A stretch of 62,186 nucleotides of DNA, filler included. It is 9 parts of 9 records of this genome, joined end to end, with 100 filler letters (N's around TTAATTAATTAA, not from the genome) between each part and the next. Parts side by side here need not be neighbours in the genome. Positions count along the whole stretch, not along the records: positions 25,687 to 38,022 come from SRR31147125_46164; positions 38,123 to 46,232 come from SRR31147125_46193; 7 more parts are not named here. The stretch is one strand, 5' to 3'. The notes beneath the pieces were generated by a model. That model did not search any database. It was not told where the DNA came from and worked only from the letters and a program-made list of their open reading frames with translations. The position numbers and the translations under genes are program-made. Positions 30,154-41,360 of the stretch are shown one piece after another. Numbering within the stretch: position 1 is the first letter of the stretch; the number at the start of each line of letters is the position of its first letter.

Positions 30154-31995
30154 ATGTTTCGTGTTGATGATCGGGAAATCAGTTTTGTATTGTTTGAATA
30201 TCTGAAAGCTGAAAATCTGTTAAAGCTTCCTGCATATGCTGAAATGGATAAAGAAACTTTCGATATCCTTCTCGATAGTGCCTACAAGTTGGCCAAAGAT
30301 GTATTGGCACCTGTCAACTTAACTGGCGATAAAGAAGGTTGCAGTATTGATGGCGAAGGCAATGTAACTACACCAAAGGGTTTCAAAGAAGCTTATAACG
30401 CTTATTGCGAAGGTGGCTGGATTGGCCTGTCAACTCCTGAAGAATTTGGTGGCATTGGCGCACCACAGGTTCTGGGACTAGCTGCTAGTGAAGCATTCAC
30501 TGGTGCTGCTTGTGCTTTGGCAATGTATCCTGGTCTTACACATGGTGCTGCTGCTCTTATCATGGACGAAGGTTCTGATGAGCAGAAGGCAATGTATGTT
30601 GAACGCATGATCTCTGGTGAGTGGGGCGGAACAATGTGCCTTACTGAATCTGGAGCAGGTAGTGCTGTTGGTGATTCAAAAACTACAGCTACAAAGATCC
30701 GTGACGGATATTACAGCATAGTCGGTCAGAAAATCTTTATCTCTTCCGGTGATAATGATTTGGTATCGAACAACATCCATCTCGTTCTAGCTCGTACTCC
30801 TGATGCTCCAGTTGGCATTAAGGGTCTTTCCTTGTTTATCGTTCCTAAATTCCGTGTAAACGAAGACGGAAGCAATGGCGAAGCTAATGATGCTACATGC
30901 ATCGGTATCGAACATAAAATGGGTATCAATGGTTCAGCTACTTGTACTATGTCTTTCGGTGACAGCGGCAACTGTGAAGGTTGGTTGATTGGAAACGAAG
31001 GCGACGGCATCAAGATTATGTTCCATATGATGAACGAAGCACGTATCGGTGTTGGCCTCATGAGTCTTGGTTTGGCTGCTTCATCTTATAACGAAGCTCT
31101 TGACTACTCCCGCGAGAGAATCCAGGGCGTAGATATGAAGAATTTCAAAGATCCAAATGCTCCTCGCGTAGCAATTATTGAGCATCCTGATGTACGTCGT
31201 ATGCTAATGACAATGAAAGCTTACACAACTGGCCTCCGCGCTTTGATGATGAAAGCTTCCATGTGTGTTGATTATGCATGGTTTGGTGAAGGTGAAGAAA
31301 AACAAAAAGCACAAGATATGCTCGATTTTATCACACCTCTTTGCAAAGGCTATGGTTCTGATGTTGCTATGGAAGCTTGCAATCTGGCAGTTCAGACTCT
31401 TGGTGGTTACGGATACACCCAGGAATATCCTTGTGAACAGTACATGCGTGATTGTAAGATCATGGCTATCTACGAAGGTACAAACGGTATTCAGGCAATG
31501 GATCTCGTCGGACGTAAAATGGGAGCCAAAGGTGGCGCATTGTTCATGGGCTTCATGGGCGAAATCATGAACTTCGTATCAAAAGCTAAAGAAAACGACA
31601 TAACCAAGGGTTATATTGGCGAATTAGAGCAGTCTTTGAATGACATGCAAACTTTGGCAATGACCTTCATGCAGAAAAACATGGAAGGCAAAACTAGCTA
31701 CGTATTGCAGCAGGCAACTTCATTCATGAAATTTGCCGGTAACATCACTTTTGCCTGGTTGCTCGGTGATATGGCTATCGAAGCTGGCGACAAACTGAAT
31801 GCAATCTTTGCAGACAAAGGTGCTGACACTGATGAAGCTAAAGCCGCTATTATCGCAGACAGCGACGAAGCAGCATTCTATGATGGCAAAATCAAAACAG
31901 CAGAATTTTTCTGTAAAAACTTGCTTCCAGAGAACAGCTTCTTGCTAAAAGCAATGACCAACGAAGATACTTCGCTTATGGACATTCGCTTCTAA
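30154..31995 (+). CDS. Acyl-CoA dehydrogenase (long, ~600 aa type)
   Basis: GTMCLTESGAGS, GQKIFIS, EHKMGINGSATC, MMNEARIGVG, QTLGGYGY and IYEGTNGIQA. Confidence 0.95.
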   Translation: MFRVDDREISFVLFEYLKAENLLKLPAYAEMDKETFDILLDSAYKLAKDVLAPVNLTGDKEGCSIDGEGNVTTPKGFKEAYNAYCEGGWIGLSTPEEFGGIGAPQVLGLAASEAFTGAACALAMYPGLTHGAAALIMDEGSDEQKAMYVERMISGEWGGTMCLTESGAGSAVGDSKTTATKIRDGYYSIVGQKIFISSGDNDLVSNNIHLVLARTPDAPVGIKGLSLFIVPKFRVNEDGSNGEANDATCIGIEHKMGINGSATCTMSFGDSGNCEGWLIGNEGDGIKIMFHMMNEARIGVGLMSLGLAASSYNEALDYSRERIQGVDMKNFKDPNAPRVAIIEHPDVRRMLMTMKAYTTGLRALMMKASMCVDYAWFGEGEEKQKAQDMLDFITPLCKGYGSDVAMEACNLAVQTLGGYGYTQEYPCEQYMRDCKIMAIYEGTNGIQAMDLVGRKMGAKGGALFMGFMGEIMNFVSKAKENDITKGYIGELEQSLNDMQTLAMTFMQKNMEGKTSYVLQQATSFMKFAGNITFAWLLGDMAIEAGDKLNAIFADKGADTDEAKAAIIADSDEAAFYDGKIKTAEFFCKNLLPENSFLLKAMTNEDTSLMDIRF

Positions 31996-32017
31996 TTGAA
32001 GTAGACATCGAATACAA

Positions 32018-32050
32018 AAAGGCCTTCCTTGAATTTCAGGGAAGGCCTTT
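32018..32050. terminator. Bidirectional terminator between the ACAD gene and zupT
   Basis: AAAGGCCTTCCTTGAA / TTCAGGGAAGGCCTTT hairpin flanked by A and T tracts between convergent genes. Confidence 0.85.
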
Positions 32051-32072
32051 ATTATTTTGTTGATATTTGTTT

Positions 32073-32871
32073 TTATATGAAAAGAAGCAAGCTGATTGCC
32101 ATAACGGCCATTCCGGCAACCAATCCATAGATTGCTGTATGACCTTCGCCATATTCTCGCGCTGTCGGGAAAAGTTCATCAAGTGAGACGAAAACCATAA
32201 TTCCGGCAACAAAACCGAATAAAAGGCCGAATATTGTGTCGGTGAAGTAAAAAGCGAGAAAAGTATAGCCGATTAAAGCTCCAATTGGCTCGGACACTCC
32301 TGATAAAAATGAATACCAAAATGCTTTTTTCCGGCTTTGTTGCATAATAAATTGGCACAGAAACGGAAATTCCTTCGGGAATATTGTGAATTGCTATTGC
32401 AATTGCGATTGAAATACCAATTGCCGGATCAACCAAAGTGGCAGAAAAAGTCGCCAAACCTTCAGGAAAATTGTGAATTCCGATTGCCAAAGCAGTCAAA
32501 ATTCCCATTCTTTTCAATTTTACATCGTTTGTCGGACTGTCCATTGATTCGATCGATCGAGCCTCGTGCGGATTTTCGTATGAAGGAATTATATAATCGA
32601 TCAAAGCGATGAGCGCAACTCCTGCAAAAAATGACAAAACAGCCGCCCAGGAACCAAAACTTTCTCCATAAACTTCTATTAATGATTCTCTTGATTTTGA
32701 GAGAATCTCGACAAACGAAACGTAGATCATAACGCCTGCCGAAAAACCTAAAGAAGCGGATAATAATTTTTTATTTGTAGTTTTAAAGAAAAGTGCCATG
32801 ACGCTGCCAATGCCAGTTGATAATCCAGCGATGGCAGTTAAAGCAAATGCAAGTAAAACGTTATGTTCCAT
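32073..32871 (-). CDS. zupT: ZIP-family zinc transporter ZupT; 1-nt deletion near 32336
   Basis: [26 protein letters not shown]; one added A restores YATKSRKKAF and joins the SEPIGA...DELFPTA frame. Confidence 0.92.
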
Positions 32872-33779
32872 TATGATAACTACTTGAAAATATTAGTAAA
32901 ACAAATAAAAATGTGCGAAATGCTTAATACATTTGAAGTATAAACTATTTTTGGTTGTCGGTCATTTTATTTTTTGCAACTAAAACTCTTTGAATTTGAA
33001 TAGAAATCGACAGAATAAATGCGGTAATTTCAACTTTTTGGGAAAAAACACTGCCTTTCCGGGTGTTTCGGCTCAAACCAAGCTCGAAATCAGAAATTCG
33101 GGCTCCAGTTATTTTGATTCTGGTGGTCTGCAAGTCGTTGATAATTCTATGGAAATACCATTCTCAGCGTTTTTGTTGTTAAAAAACAAACTGAAATTTA
33201 TGACCCACAAAAGACATAGGAAGCGCAGTAAAATGTCACTGAATGATAAGTAAGTGATAAAGAAGTACACAACAAAATACCAGGAAATACACAACAAATT
33301 CAGCCCGATTTTTAATACACAAGTGTAAGTTTTTCTTGCTTGAAATCGGTGATTTTATCGCTATTTGGAACTAGTTTGGAGAACTGCAAAACCATCCAAT
33401 ATGATTGGAATGGAGTTTGAATTTGATGGAGATATAAATAGCAGGTTCTGTGCTTTTTTCAAAAGCCTTGTGTGAAAAATTGAGAATTGATATCAGTAAT
33501 TGGTCAAAAATCAAACTCTGATTTTTTGAGTTTTGCAATCAAAATCTGTTAGTAGTTTCAAAGATATTTTTATCTTGATTGACAAGTATAAATGACAAAT
33601 ACATTTTTTGAAAAACATTCTGATTTTATCTATGTGGTTGATATTACAGCGAAATATCTGAAAGTCTTCCATTTTCAGAATTGGCATATTGTTTGCGTTC
33701 CATAATCGGCAATGAAAATATGCGATGTGATTTCATCAATCGCATTACGTAATTTAAAACACGAATAGGAGAAACACAA

Positions 33780-35129
33780 ATGATGTCGAAGATGGTTTTT
33801 ATTTTGCAAGTTGTTGTAATTATTATGGGAATAGTGTTGCTGGGTTGTGAAAATTCCAATGAAACTGAAAACGCGGACGGGGATACAGAAAAAGAAGCAG
33901 AAAATGAGATTGAAGGAGAGCAGGAATCGAGTTCCGATGGTGATATTGATAGTGAGGATGACGCTACCGAAACTGAAAAAGAAGTACAAAAACTTCCAGC
34001 CGGAAGCATTATAGAGTTCGCGTATCATGTTGCTTGTCAGGGATGTGAAATCGCCGCTCCTTGTAATTTACCGGGTGGTAATAATGCAAAAGGATTGACT
34101 TTTGTGCCGGTACCAAGTGAGAGTGAAAAGAACTTATTGGCCATTGAAAGATATGAAGCTTTTGCGAATAGTTTACCTGTCGATACTTGTAAAGTACTAA
34201 CAAAAGATGACCATGAAAAACTCAAGGAGCCGGTTGGTACAACAATTTTGGATGCCGGCAAAATGACGTTAAATGGTGATTGGAAAGAATGGAGTAGTAC
34301 TGTTGAGGCGGACTACGATTCAAGTTTAAAAAGTTATAACGCAGTAATAATGAAATTCAAAAATTATGGATATGATCCAACCGGTGAAGTGACTCTCGAT
34401 ATAAAAGGCGGAGGCGATTTGGCTTCGCTTACCAAAAAAGCAAAACCGGTTATTCCTGTTATTATTGAATCTCCCAAAGTCGATTCAGAAGGAAAATATC
34501 CAAGTATCCCCAAAGATAAACCACTGGCATTAAAATGGAGTGGGGCATCCGATGTTAATACGATTAACGTGTTTATCGAAGCTTCGTGGTGTTCCAGTGT
34601 TGTGACTGACATTTTGATGTGTCACCTTGATAACGACGGAAATCATACTATTTCTGCTGAGCAGATAGGCGAAATTAAATGGGCTAATATGGCACGATTA
34701 TGGTTTTCTGCTACCAATAGAATTCCGTTGGAGCTGCCGAAAGAAATTTATAATAATGGTTGGGCATTAAGAGCTGATGTTTCCTTGTATATTCATGATG
34801 ATCCGGACGCAAAACCATCGATTCCTCAGAATTGTGGTCCGATGGAAACGGGCGAGGTCGGTAAAAAATGCACTGATGACAGTCAATGTGGTAGCGGATG
34901 TTGTTTGAAAGAAGTCAATGGTGTATTGAAGGACAATTATTGCAGTATTCCCAGTTGTTCAAAAGATTCAGATTGTCCATCTGATGCGAAATGCTTTACA
35001 AATCATCATCTGGCTCTGCCTTATGATACTTACTGCGCTGTAAAATGTACTGATGACAATGATTGCAGAACACCTGATTATATGTGCGACCACAACAAAG
35101 GCAGCATCTGCATTCCCAATTTCTGGTAG
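33780..35129 (+). CDS. Lipoprotein with acidic linker and Cys-rich C-terminal repeats, function unknown
   Basis: AGGAGA RBS, lipobox VLLGC, DGD-containing acidic linker, CTDDSQC / CSKDSDC / CTDDNDC repeats. Confidence 0.8.
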   Translation: MMSKMVFILQVVVIIMGIVLLGCENSNETENADGDTEKEAENEIEGEQESSSDGDIDSEDDATETEKEVQKLPAGSIIEFAYHVACQGCEIAAPCNLPGGNNAKGLTFVPVPSESEKNLLAIERYEAFANSLPVDTCKVLTKDDHEKLKEPVGTTILDAGKMTLNGDWKEWSSTVEADYDSSLKSYNAVIMKFKNYGYDPTGEVTLDIKGGGDLASLTKKAKPVIPVIIESPKVDSEGKYPSIPKDKPLALKWSGASDVNTINVFIEASWCSSVVTDILMCHLDNDGNHTISAEQIGEIKWANMARLWFSATNRIPLELPKEIYNNGWALRADVSLYIHDDPDAKPSIPQNCGPMETGEVGKKCTDDSQCGSGCCLKEVNGVLKDNYCSIPSCSKDSDCPSDAKCFTNHHLALPYDTYCAVKCTDDNDCRTPDYMCDHNKGSICIPNFW

Positions 35130-35161
35130 ATAGCGACTTTGCTTGTTAGTTACTGAAAATA

Positions 35162-35182
35162 TGCCGGACAATTTGTCCGGCA
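35162..35182. terminator. Hairpin downstream of the lipoprotein gene
   Basis: TGCCGGACAA-T-TTGTCCGGCA perfect inverted repeat; weak T tail. Confidence 0.5.
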
Positions 35183-35418
35183 GTTTGCGAAACTGCTCCA
35201 GTAAATATTCACAATCAAGCTGCTAAATACTTTCTATTTGTAGCTTACAACTTCATGAAATAATTTCAGGTTATCGTACTTACTCGTGAAATCCGATAAT
35301 AATCAAGCTTCATCATATAATGCCTTGTATGTGTCGCAATGTTGTGATATCACTTTGCTTTCTTGATTCGGGACATAATCCTGAAGCTGGTTGTGAAATT
35401 GCTATTTTGGAGTTGTGA

Positions 35419-38000
35419 ATGCTCAGAGAAATATTGCCGGGTGTAATTAAGCCAGGTCGCTATCTTGGATGTGAAGTTAATTCTATCTATAAAAACGTAA
35501 ATGAAACTCGTTTGAGAGTCGCTCTGGCATTTCCTGATGTTTACGAAATAGCTTTCAGTCACATTGGACTCAAAATTCTTTATAAAATATTCAACGACCA
35601 AAAAGATGTCTGGGCGGAGCGAGTTTATTCTCCCTGGTCGGATATGGAAGAGGAAATAAGAAATCAAGGACAGGAACTTGTTTCTCTAGAATCTAAAACT
35701 CCATTAAAATCTTTTGATGCAATCGGCTTTACTCTACAATATGAATTATGCGCCACAAACGTTTTGGCAATGCTTAATCTGGCCGGAATTCCCATGCTCG
35801 CATCCGAAAGAAACGAGGAATATCCAATAGTTATCGGTGGTGGCGGGGTTGCTACCAATCCTGAGCCATACACGGATTTCTTCGATGTTTTCTTTATCGG
35901 TGAAGCGGAAAACAGCATTGTTCCGATAAGCGAAGCATTGATCGAATATAAAGAAAATAAACAGAGCAAGAATGATCTGTCAAAAAAATTATCACTGATT
36001 GAAGGCGTATATGTACCTTCTTTGTATGAAGTTGTGTCGGTTGAAGGTTCAGAAAATACTAAAATAATACCCAAAAAAGACACAACAAAAACAGTCAAAA
36101 AAGCGGTTGTTTCAGACTTCGATAAAGTGCAATATTTTACAGATCCATTGGTTCCGACAGTTGAGCCGGTTCACGACAGATATCCTGTCGAGATTCAAAG
36201 AGGATGCACAAAAGGTTGCAGGTTTTGTCAGGCCGGATTTATTTATCGTCCAACCAGACAAAAATCTCCCGAAACAATATTAAATCTTGCGAGACAAGGA
36301 TTGGAATCGAGCGGACAGGAATCTCTAGGATTACTATCGCTTTCATCAAGTGACCACGATTGTATTTCTTCAATAATTCCAATGCTTTTCGATGAACACA
36401 CTCCAAATAGAGTGTCGATCCAAATGCCTTCTTTGCGTGTAGAAACCATCAATGATGAGCTTGTCAAACAGCTAAACAGAGCAAAAAAAACAGGCTTTAC
36501 CCTTGCTCCCGAAGCGGCGACCGAGAGGCTTAGAAAAGTAATAAACAAAGGCAACACAGAAGAAGATTTGCTGGAAGGTCTAAAGATTGTTTTTGCAAAT
36601 GGCTGGAAGCACATCAAGCTTTATTTTATGATCGGTTTGCCAACAGAAACCGATGAAGATATCCTTGCCATAATCGATCTTGCCAAACGTGTGAAATATT
36701 TGGGAAAATCATTCGATAAGTCTATTCGGGTTACTGTGTCCGTCAGCACTTTTGTACCAAAAAGCCATACTCCTTTTCAGTGGCATCAGATGATGGATGA
36801 AGACGAAATAAGGCGTAAACAATCGCTTTTAAGAGATGGTTTTTATCGAAGTAAGATAACATTGAAATTACACGATATTCGAGCCACTGTACTTGAAGCT
36901 GTTTTTTCAAGAGGCGATAGAAGACTTGGACAGGTTATCCGGAAAGCATATGAAAAAGGTGCCAGATTCGATGCTTGGTCGGATCACCTCGATCTCGATT
37001 TATGGAAAGAATGTTTCGAGGAATCGGACATCGATTTTACAAAATATCTTACAAGAGAATTCCATCCTGATGAAGCTTTGCCGTGGCATCATATTGATTA
37101 TTTGGTAAAGCTTGAAACTCTAAAAGAAGAATATCAAAAAGCGGTTGAAGAAGAGCCGACTTTTGATTGTTCATATGGAAAATGTACAAATTGCGGAGTT
37201 TGTGATCATAAAATAATAAAGAGAGAAGTTTATAGCTTTGATGGCGACAAAGCGGCTCATGTGATTAAAACCGAAATTCCCGCTAAAGTGAGGGCTTTAA
37301 ACAAAGGTACGGCAACCAGCAGGAAAATACGTTTTCAGTTTACAAAGCTAAAGTATTCCGTATTTTTGGGACATCTTGATACAATGTCACAAATCGCTCG
37401 GTCATTTCGTCGAGCCGGAATTGTACTCAAATATTCCGAAGGTTTCCATCCAATGCCGAAACTTTCTTTTTCTCAAGCATTGCCTTTGGGAGTTGAATCG
37501 GAAACAGAGTTTTTCGATGCTGATGTTTTAGATGGAGCTTCGGCAGAAAGTATGAAGAATCGACTGAATCGATGTTTGCCTGATGGAATAGAGATACTAA
37601 AAGCTCATCACGTAGCAGTCAAAACAGGATCATTATCGCAAATTATTGGAGAAGCAAAATACGAAATCGACTTCGCTGATGTTATAAATCAGGATAAAAT
37701 AGAGAAATCTATACAAAAACTTGATGATAGCGATACTTTTCCTGTAAAACGTGTTAAAAAGAATAAGGAAAAAATCTTTGATTTGAAAGAATTTGTTACT
37801 TCCTTGAAAAAAATCGGGGAAAGCAAGATTCTTTTGGGGTTGAAATCCAGACAAAGCGGATCTGTAAAGCTATCAGAAGTTTTGACTTTTATGTTTGGAA
37901 TAGAAAAAAAATATCAACCCAAGATCCGAATTTTGAAAAAGAAGTGGTATTTCAGCCACTTGAGAATAAAAAAAGTAAGAAAAACAAAAAGTTAGATTAA
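35419..38000 (+). CDS. TIGR03960-type radical SAM protein fused to a TIGR03936 (DUF2344) radical-SAM-linked domain
   Basis: KPGRYLG.E, FPDVYE, EIQRGCTKGCRFCQAG, FVPKSHTPFQW, CTNCGVC, then GHLD...YSEGFHPMPKLSF..ALPLG.ES. As sequenced it stops at 37995; one added A near 37936 would move the stop to 38000, just before the next RBS. Confidence 0.9.
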
Positions 38001-38122
38001 AGGAGAGGACGAATGGCTCAAANNNNNNNNNNNNNNNNNNNNNNNNNNNNNNNNNNNNNNNNNNNNTTAATTAATTAANNNNNNNNNNNNNNNNNNNNNN
38101 NNNNNNNNNNNNNNNNNNNNNN

Positions 38123-38824
38123 GGAGCATTTACCGGCGCGGTCGACAACCATGAAGGAATCTTCGCCCTGTGCAGCCCCCATGGCGCCATCTTCCTCGAT
38201 GAAATAGGCGATGTCTCTGTCCCGATACAGATAAAACTTTTAAAAGTACTCGAGGAACGAAACTTTTCTCCGGTTGGCGGTCACAACAAGCTCCATTTTT
38301 ATGGCAGAATAATTACCGCGACAAACAGGTCGCTTACTGATTTGTATCAACAAAAGACATTCAGGGAAGATTTCTACTACCGGCTCTGCTCCAACATCAT
38401 CCATGTCCCTACCCTGCGCCAGCAGATACATGAAGATCCGTCAACCCTCGAGACCCTGCTTCACCATACGATCATGCGGATTGCCGGCGAGCCCGTCCCA
38501 CAGCTTCTGGACGTGGTCATGAGCACGCTTGAAAGAGAAGTCGGCCCGGACTACGAATGGCCTGGAAACGTGCGTGAACTGGAGCAGGCGATACGGAGCA
38601 TTTTGCTCACCCTGCACTACAGCAAGAGCAGGGGCGAAGCAGGTGGTTTTTCAGACGAACTCCATCGGGCCATCGAACGGGAACGCGTCAATGCCCAGGA
38701 TCTCGTCTCGCTGTACTGCTCGATGCTGTACAGGAAATATGGAACCTACGGGAAGGTGGCGAGAATAACCAATCTTGATCCCCGCACGGTGAAAAAGCAT
38801 ATCCGGAGCCACGTACAGAAGTAA
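38123..38824 (+). CDS. Sigma-54-dependent activator (AAA+ and HTH), 5'-truncated
   Basis: Begins GAFTGA; FLDEIGD, FREDFYYRL, WPGNVRELE and a C-terminal HTH. Confidence 0.93.
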   Translation, partial: GAFTGAVDNHEGIFALCSPHGAIFLDEIGDVSVPIQIKLLKVLEERNFSPVGGHNKLHFYGRIITATNRSLTDLYQQKTFREDFYYRLCSNIIHVPTLRQQIHEDPSTLETLLHHTIMRIAGEPVPQLLDVVMSTLEREVGPDYEWPGNVRELEQAIRSILLTLHYSKSRGEAGGFSDELHRAIERERVNAQDLVSLYCSMLYRKYGTYGKVARITNLDPRTVKKHIRSHVQK

Positions 38825-39039
38825 AATCTCACACGCACTCACCCGCGAAAACAATTTTCGAATGAATATATCTGTCTGAAATGATCCGAAACACTGTAAT
38901 CAGTCATAATCAACATCAGGATAATGGAGCGCAATGTCGGGATATCCCCACCTCGATGCGGTTCAAAGTGGATTTTCACATCATCCGCATTTCCACTCTC
39001 TTCCAACACCTCCAAACGGACCTTCGCTTGTTTTCTTAG

Positions 39040-40185
39040 TTATCGTTTTTTCCCACGGTGCAGAAGCACCCAGGCAAGCCCCCCGTAAAGAGCGACGCAG
39101 GTCCACATCTGTTTCCAGACAGGCAGCAGCGACATGAAGTCAGCCCCCATCTGGTTGATGCCGAGCAACATCCGAATGGCAGGGATCAGGGGAATGTACC
39201 GGATGATGGCGGTGACCGGTTCCGGGATCGACTCCACAGGCCAGATAAACCCGGATCCGAAGATGAGCGGTATGGAGGCGAGCAGGACGATGAGGGTCGC
39301 CAGTTCCCTGCGCGGTAGAATCAGCCCGAGGCAGGTTCCAAAGCTCGCAGTTCCCAGCAGAAAGGGCAGAATGACCAGGTTGAGTTCGGCCAGCGTTGCC
39401 TTCCTGGGAATGGCATAGAACTCAAAACTGAACCCGAAATAATACATGCAGAGCAGCCAGTAAATGGCCGTAAAAAGCCCCGTACGAACCAGGAGAACTT
39501 TGAAGGGGGAAGCTTCCTCCCTGTAGATGTGCTCACCTCTTCTGCGCACTTCGTTTTCGGTGCCGCCGAGCAGGCCGGCCGCCATAACCAGAGTCTGATG
39601 AAGGATGAGAATGAAAATCGCCGGGATCACGTAATTCACATAGCCTGAGGTAGGGTTGAACACAGAGCGCAGGTTCAGCTTCATCGCACTGTACTGCTCT
39701 GCGGCAAGCGGCAGTGCCTGGCCGGACATGACCATCCTGCTGACTTTAACCTCGGCGGCCAGTGTACTGCCGGCCCCTGCCAGGCCCTCCAGCACGGTGC
39801 CGTAGACCAGGAAGTAACTGGCATCACCTGCATAGGAGAGGGTCGGGCTCGTACCCAGCAGGAGATCCCTGTAGAAATGTTCGGGAATAACCAGAATGCC
39901 GGCAAGTTTGTCGCGGATAAACACGTCCCTCGCCTCCATCATTGAATGGGCCCTGCGCGCGAGATGCACCTGCGGTGTCGCGTCCACCATCCGTTCCAGT
40001 TTTCTACTCAGCTGGCTGCCGTCCAGGTTGACGACGACCACCTTCTGCTCGCGGGGAATCTGCTCCACATAGGGAAGCGGGTAGAGAAACGAATAGAGCA
40101 CAACACCACCGAAAACAGTGAGCAAAATCGCCGGGTTGGAAAAAACCGCCCGCAGCTCGCAACGGACAAGGTCAAACAGCGTCAT
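39040..40185 (-). CDS. ABC-2 type (YbhR/YhhJ-like) exporter permease
   Basis: Start MTLFDL at 40185 overlaps the upstream stop; VVNLDGSQLSR, FNPTSGYVNYVIPA, SGFIWPVESIP. Confidence 0.9.
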   Translation of the reverse strand: MTLFDLVRCELRAVFSNPAILLTVFGGVVLYSFLYPLPYVEQIPREQKVVVVNLDGSQLSRKLERMVDATPQVHLARRAHSMMEARDVFIRDKLAGILVIPEHFYRDLLLGTSPTLSYAGDASYFLVYGTVLEGLAGAGSTLAAEVKVSRMVMSGQALPLAAEQYSAMKLNLRSVFNPTSGYVNYVIPAIFILILHQTLVMAAGLLGGTENEVRRRGEHIYREEASPFKVLLVRTGLFTAIYWLLCMYYFGFSFEFYAIPRKATLAELNLVILPFLLGTASFGTCLGLILPRRELATLIVLLASIPLIFGSGFIWPVESIPEPVTAIIRYIPLIPAIRMLLGINQMGADFMSLLPVWKQMWTCVALYGGLAWVLLHRGKKR

Positions 40186-41360
40186 ACCACCCCCTCGCCC
40201 CGTGATTCCTTCTTCCCATGAGTAATGCGGACGGCCAGGAGCAGCGCGACCAGGGCTGGGAGGAGCAACAGGCCCAGTGCCTGCAGTTGTGGAAGTGCGG
40301 TTTCCACCGGGGCACCGTGGTTGACCTGGCCACTCTGTATTTCGATATAGTGACTGATGGGAATAAAACTGCGCCAGATTTTCGCTGGCAGGATCATATC
40401 CGATACGGGAAATGTCACCCCCATGAAGGCCAGGCCGGGAGCAACATAGGCGGCGGCGAGACTGAGACCGCGGGCCACATCCCTGGAGAGCAGGAAGATC
40501 AAGAAACCGGCACCTGTACTTGCCCAGGCGGTGAGTAGCTGGGAGGCGAGGAGTAGAGACCAGTCTCCCCGCATGGGCCACCCCAGCCACACGTACATAA
40601 ACGTGAGGAAGAGTATCCCGTGAAACCAGAGCATGGTGCCGAGATGGACCATTTTTGCCAGCAGAGCCGGCACGGGATTCTCTCCCAGCCAACATTCAAG
40701 CCCGTATTTTCGGTCTGCCAGCGCGAGGGAGAGAACAGCCGCGGCCACCATGACTATCTGCCAGACGGCGGGCAGAATAGCGGAGACGAGGAACTGCGCG
40801 TAATTCTTACCCACGTTGAACAGCGGGATCGTCTGGCTGGTAATGGGCAAGGCTGCCGAAAGCGCCATTTCGGGGACAGGGCTTGTCGAAGCCAGGTTCC
40901 GCAGCATCTCCACCTTGGCAGTGTACGTTCCATGGACCTGCCAGAGAGCGGCATTAACCAGCTTCTGGATGAGGAGAAACTGACTGTTCGTGAAGGCGGT
41001 GATTTGGGGAGGACGTCCCCGCAGGGTCTCTTTTTCAAGATCCCGGGGTATTACCACAAGTCCGTAGATACGGCCGCTCTTCAGCGCGGCGCTCGCCGTC
41101 CCCACCTTGAGAAAGGAGTCGTCTATTTTCAGGGTCGGACTCGCCTCGAGGTGTCTGATAAAATCACGTGATACCCGGCTCCTGTCGAGATCGACCACGC
41201 CGATGGGAAGCTCGGTGGCCACGGCCGAGGAAAAAATCCACCACATGATCAGACAAATGAGTGGAGGAACCCAGCTCACGAGCGAAAAAAGCCATGGGTC
41301 TCCAATAAGATCGGTTACTTCCCGCTGCAGCAGATGACCAAAGGATGACGAGGTGTTCAT
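40182..41360 (-). CDS. ABC-2 type exporter permease
   Basis: LPIGVVDLDRSRVSR, NYAQFLVSAILP, FMGVTFPVSDM. Confidence 0.9.
   Translation of the reverse strand: MNTSSSFGHLLQREVTDLIGDPWLFSLVSWVPPLICLIMWWIFSSAVATELPIGVVDLDRSRVSRDFIRHLEASPTLKIDDSFLKVGTASAALKSGRIYGLVVIPRDLEKETLRGRPPQITAFTNSQFLLIQKLVNAALWQVHGTYTAKVEMLRNLASTSPVPEMALSAALPITSQTIPLFNVGKNYAQFLVSAILPAVWQIVMVAAAVLSLALADRKYGLECWLGENPVPALLAKMVHLGTMLWFHGILFLTFMYVWLGWPMRGDWSLLLASQLLTAWASTGAGFLIFLLSRDVARGLSLAAAYVAPGLAFMGVTFPVSDMILPAKIWRSFIPISHYIEIQSGQVNHGAPVETALPQLQALGLLLLPALVALLLAVRITHGKKESRGEGVV

Noticed and set aside
32945-33297. Short ORFs in the zupT-lipoprotein intergenic region
   Set aside because: No RBS or motifs, mutually overlapping, expected by chance.
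40186-40695. 170-aa N-terminal extension of the 551-aa permease ORF
   Set aside because: Out-of-frame overlap with the upstream permease; real start is 40185 after a GGAGG-like G-rich RBS.
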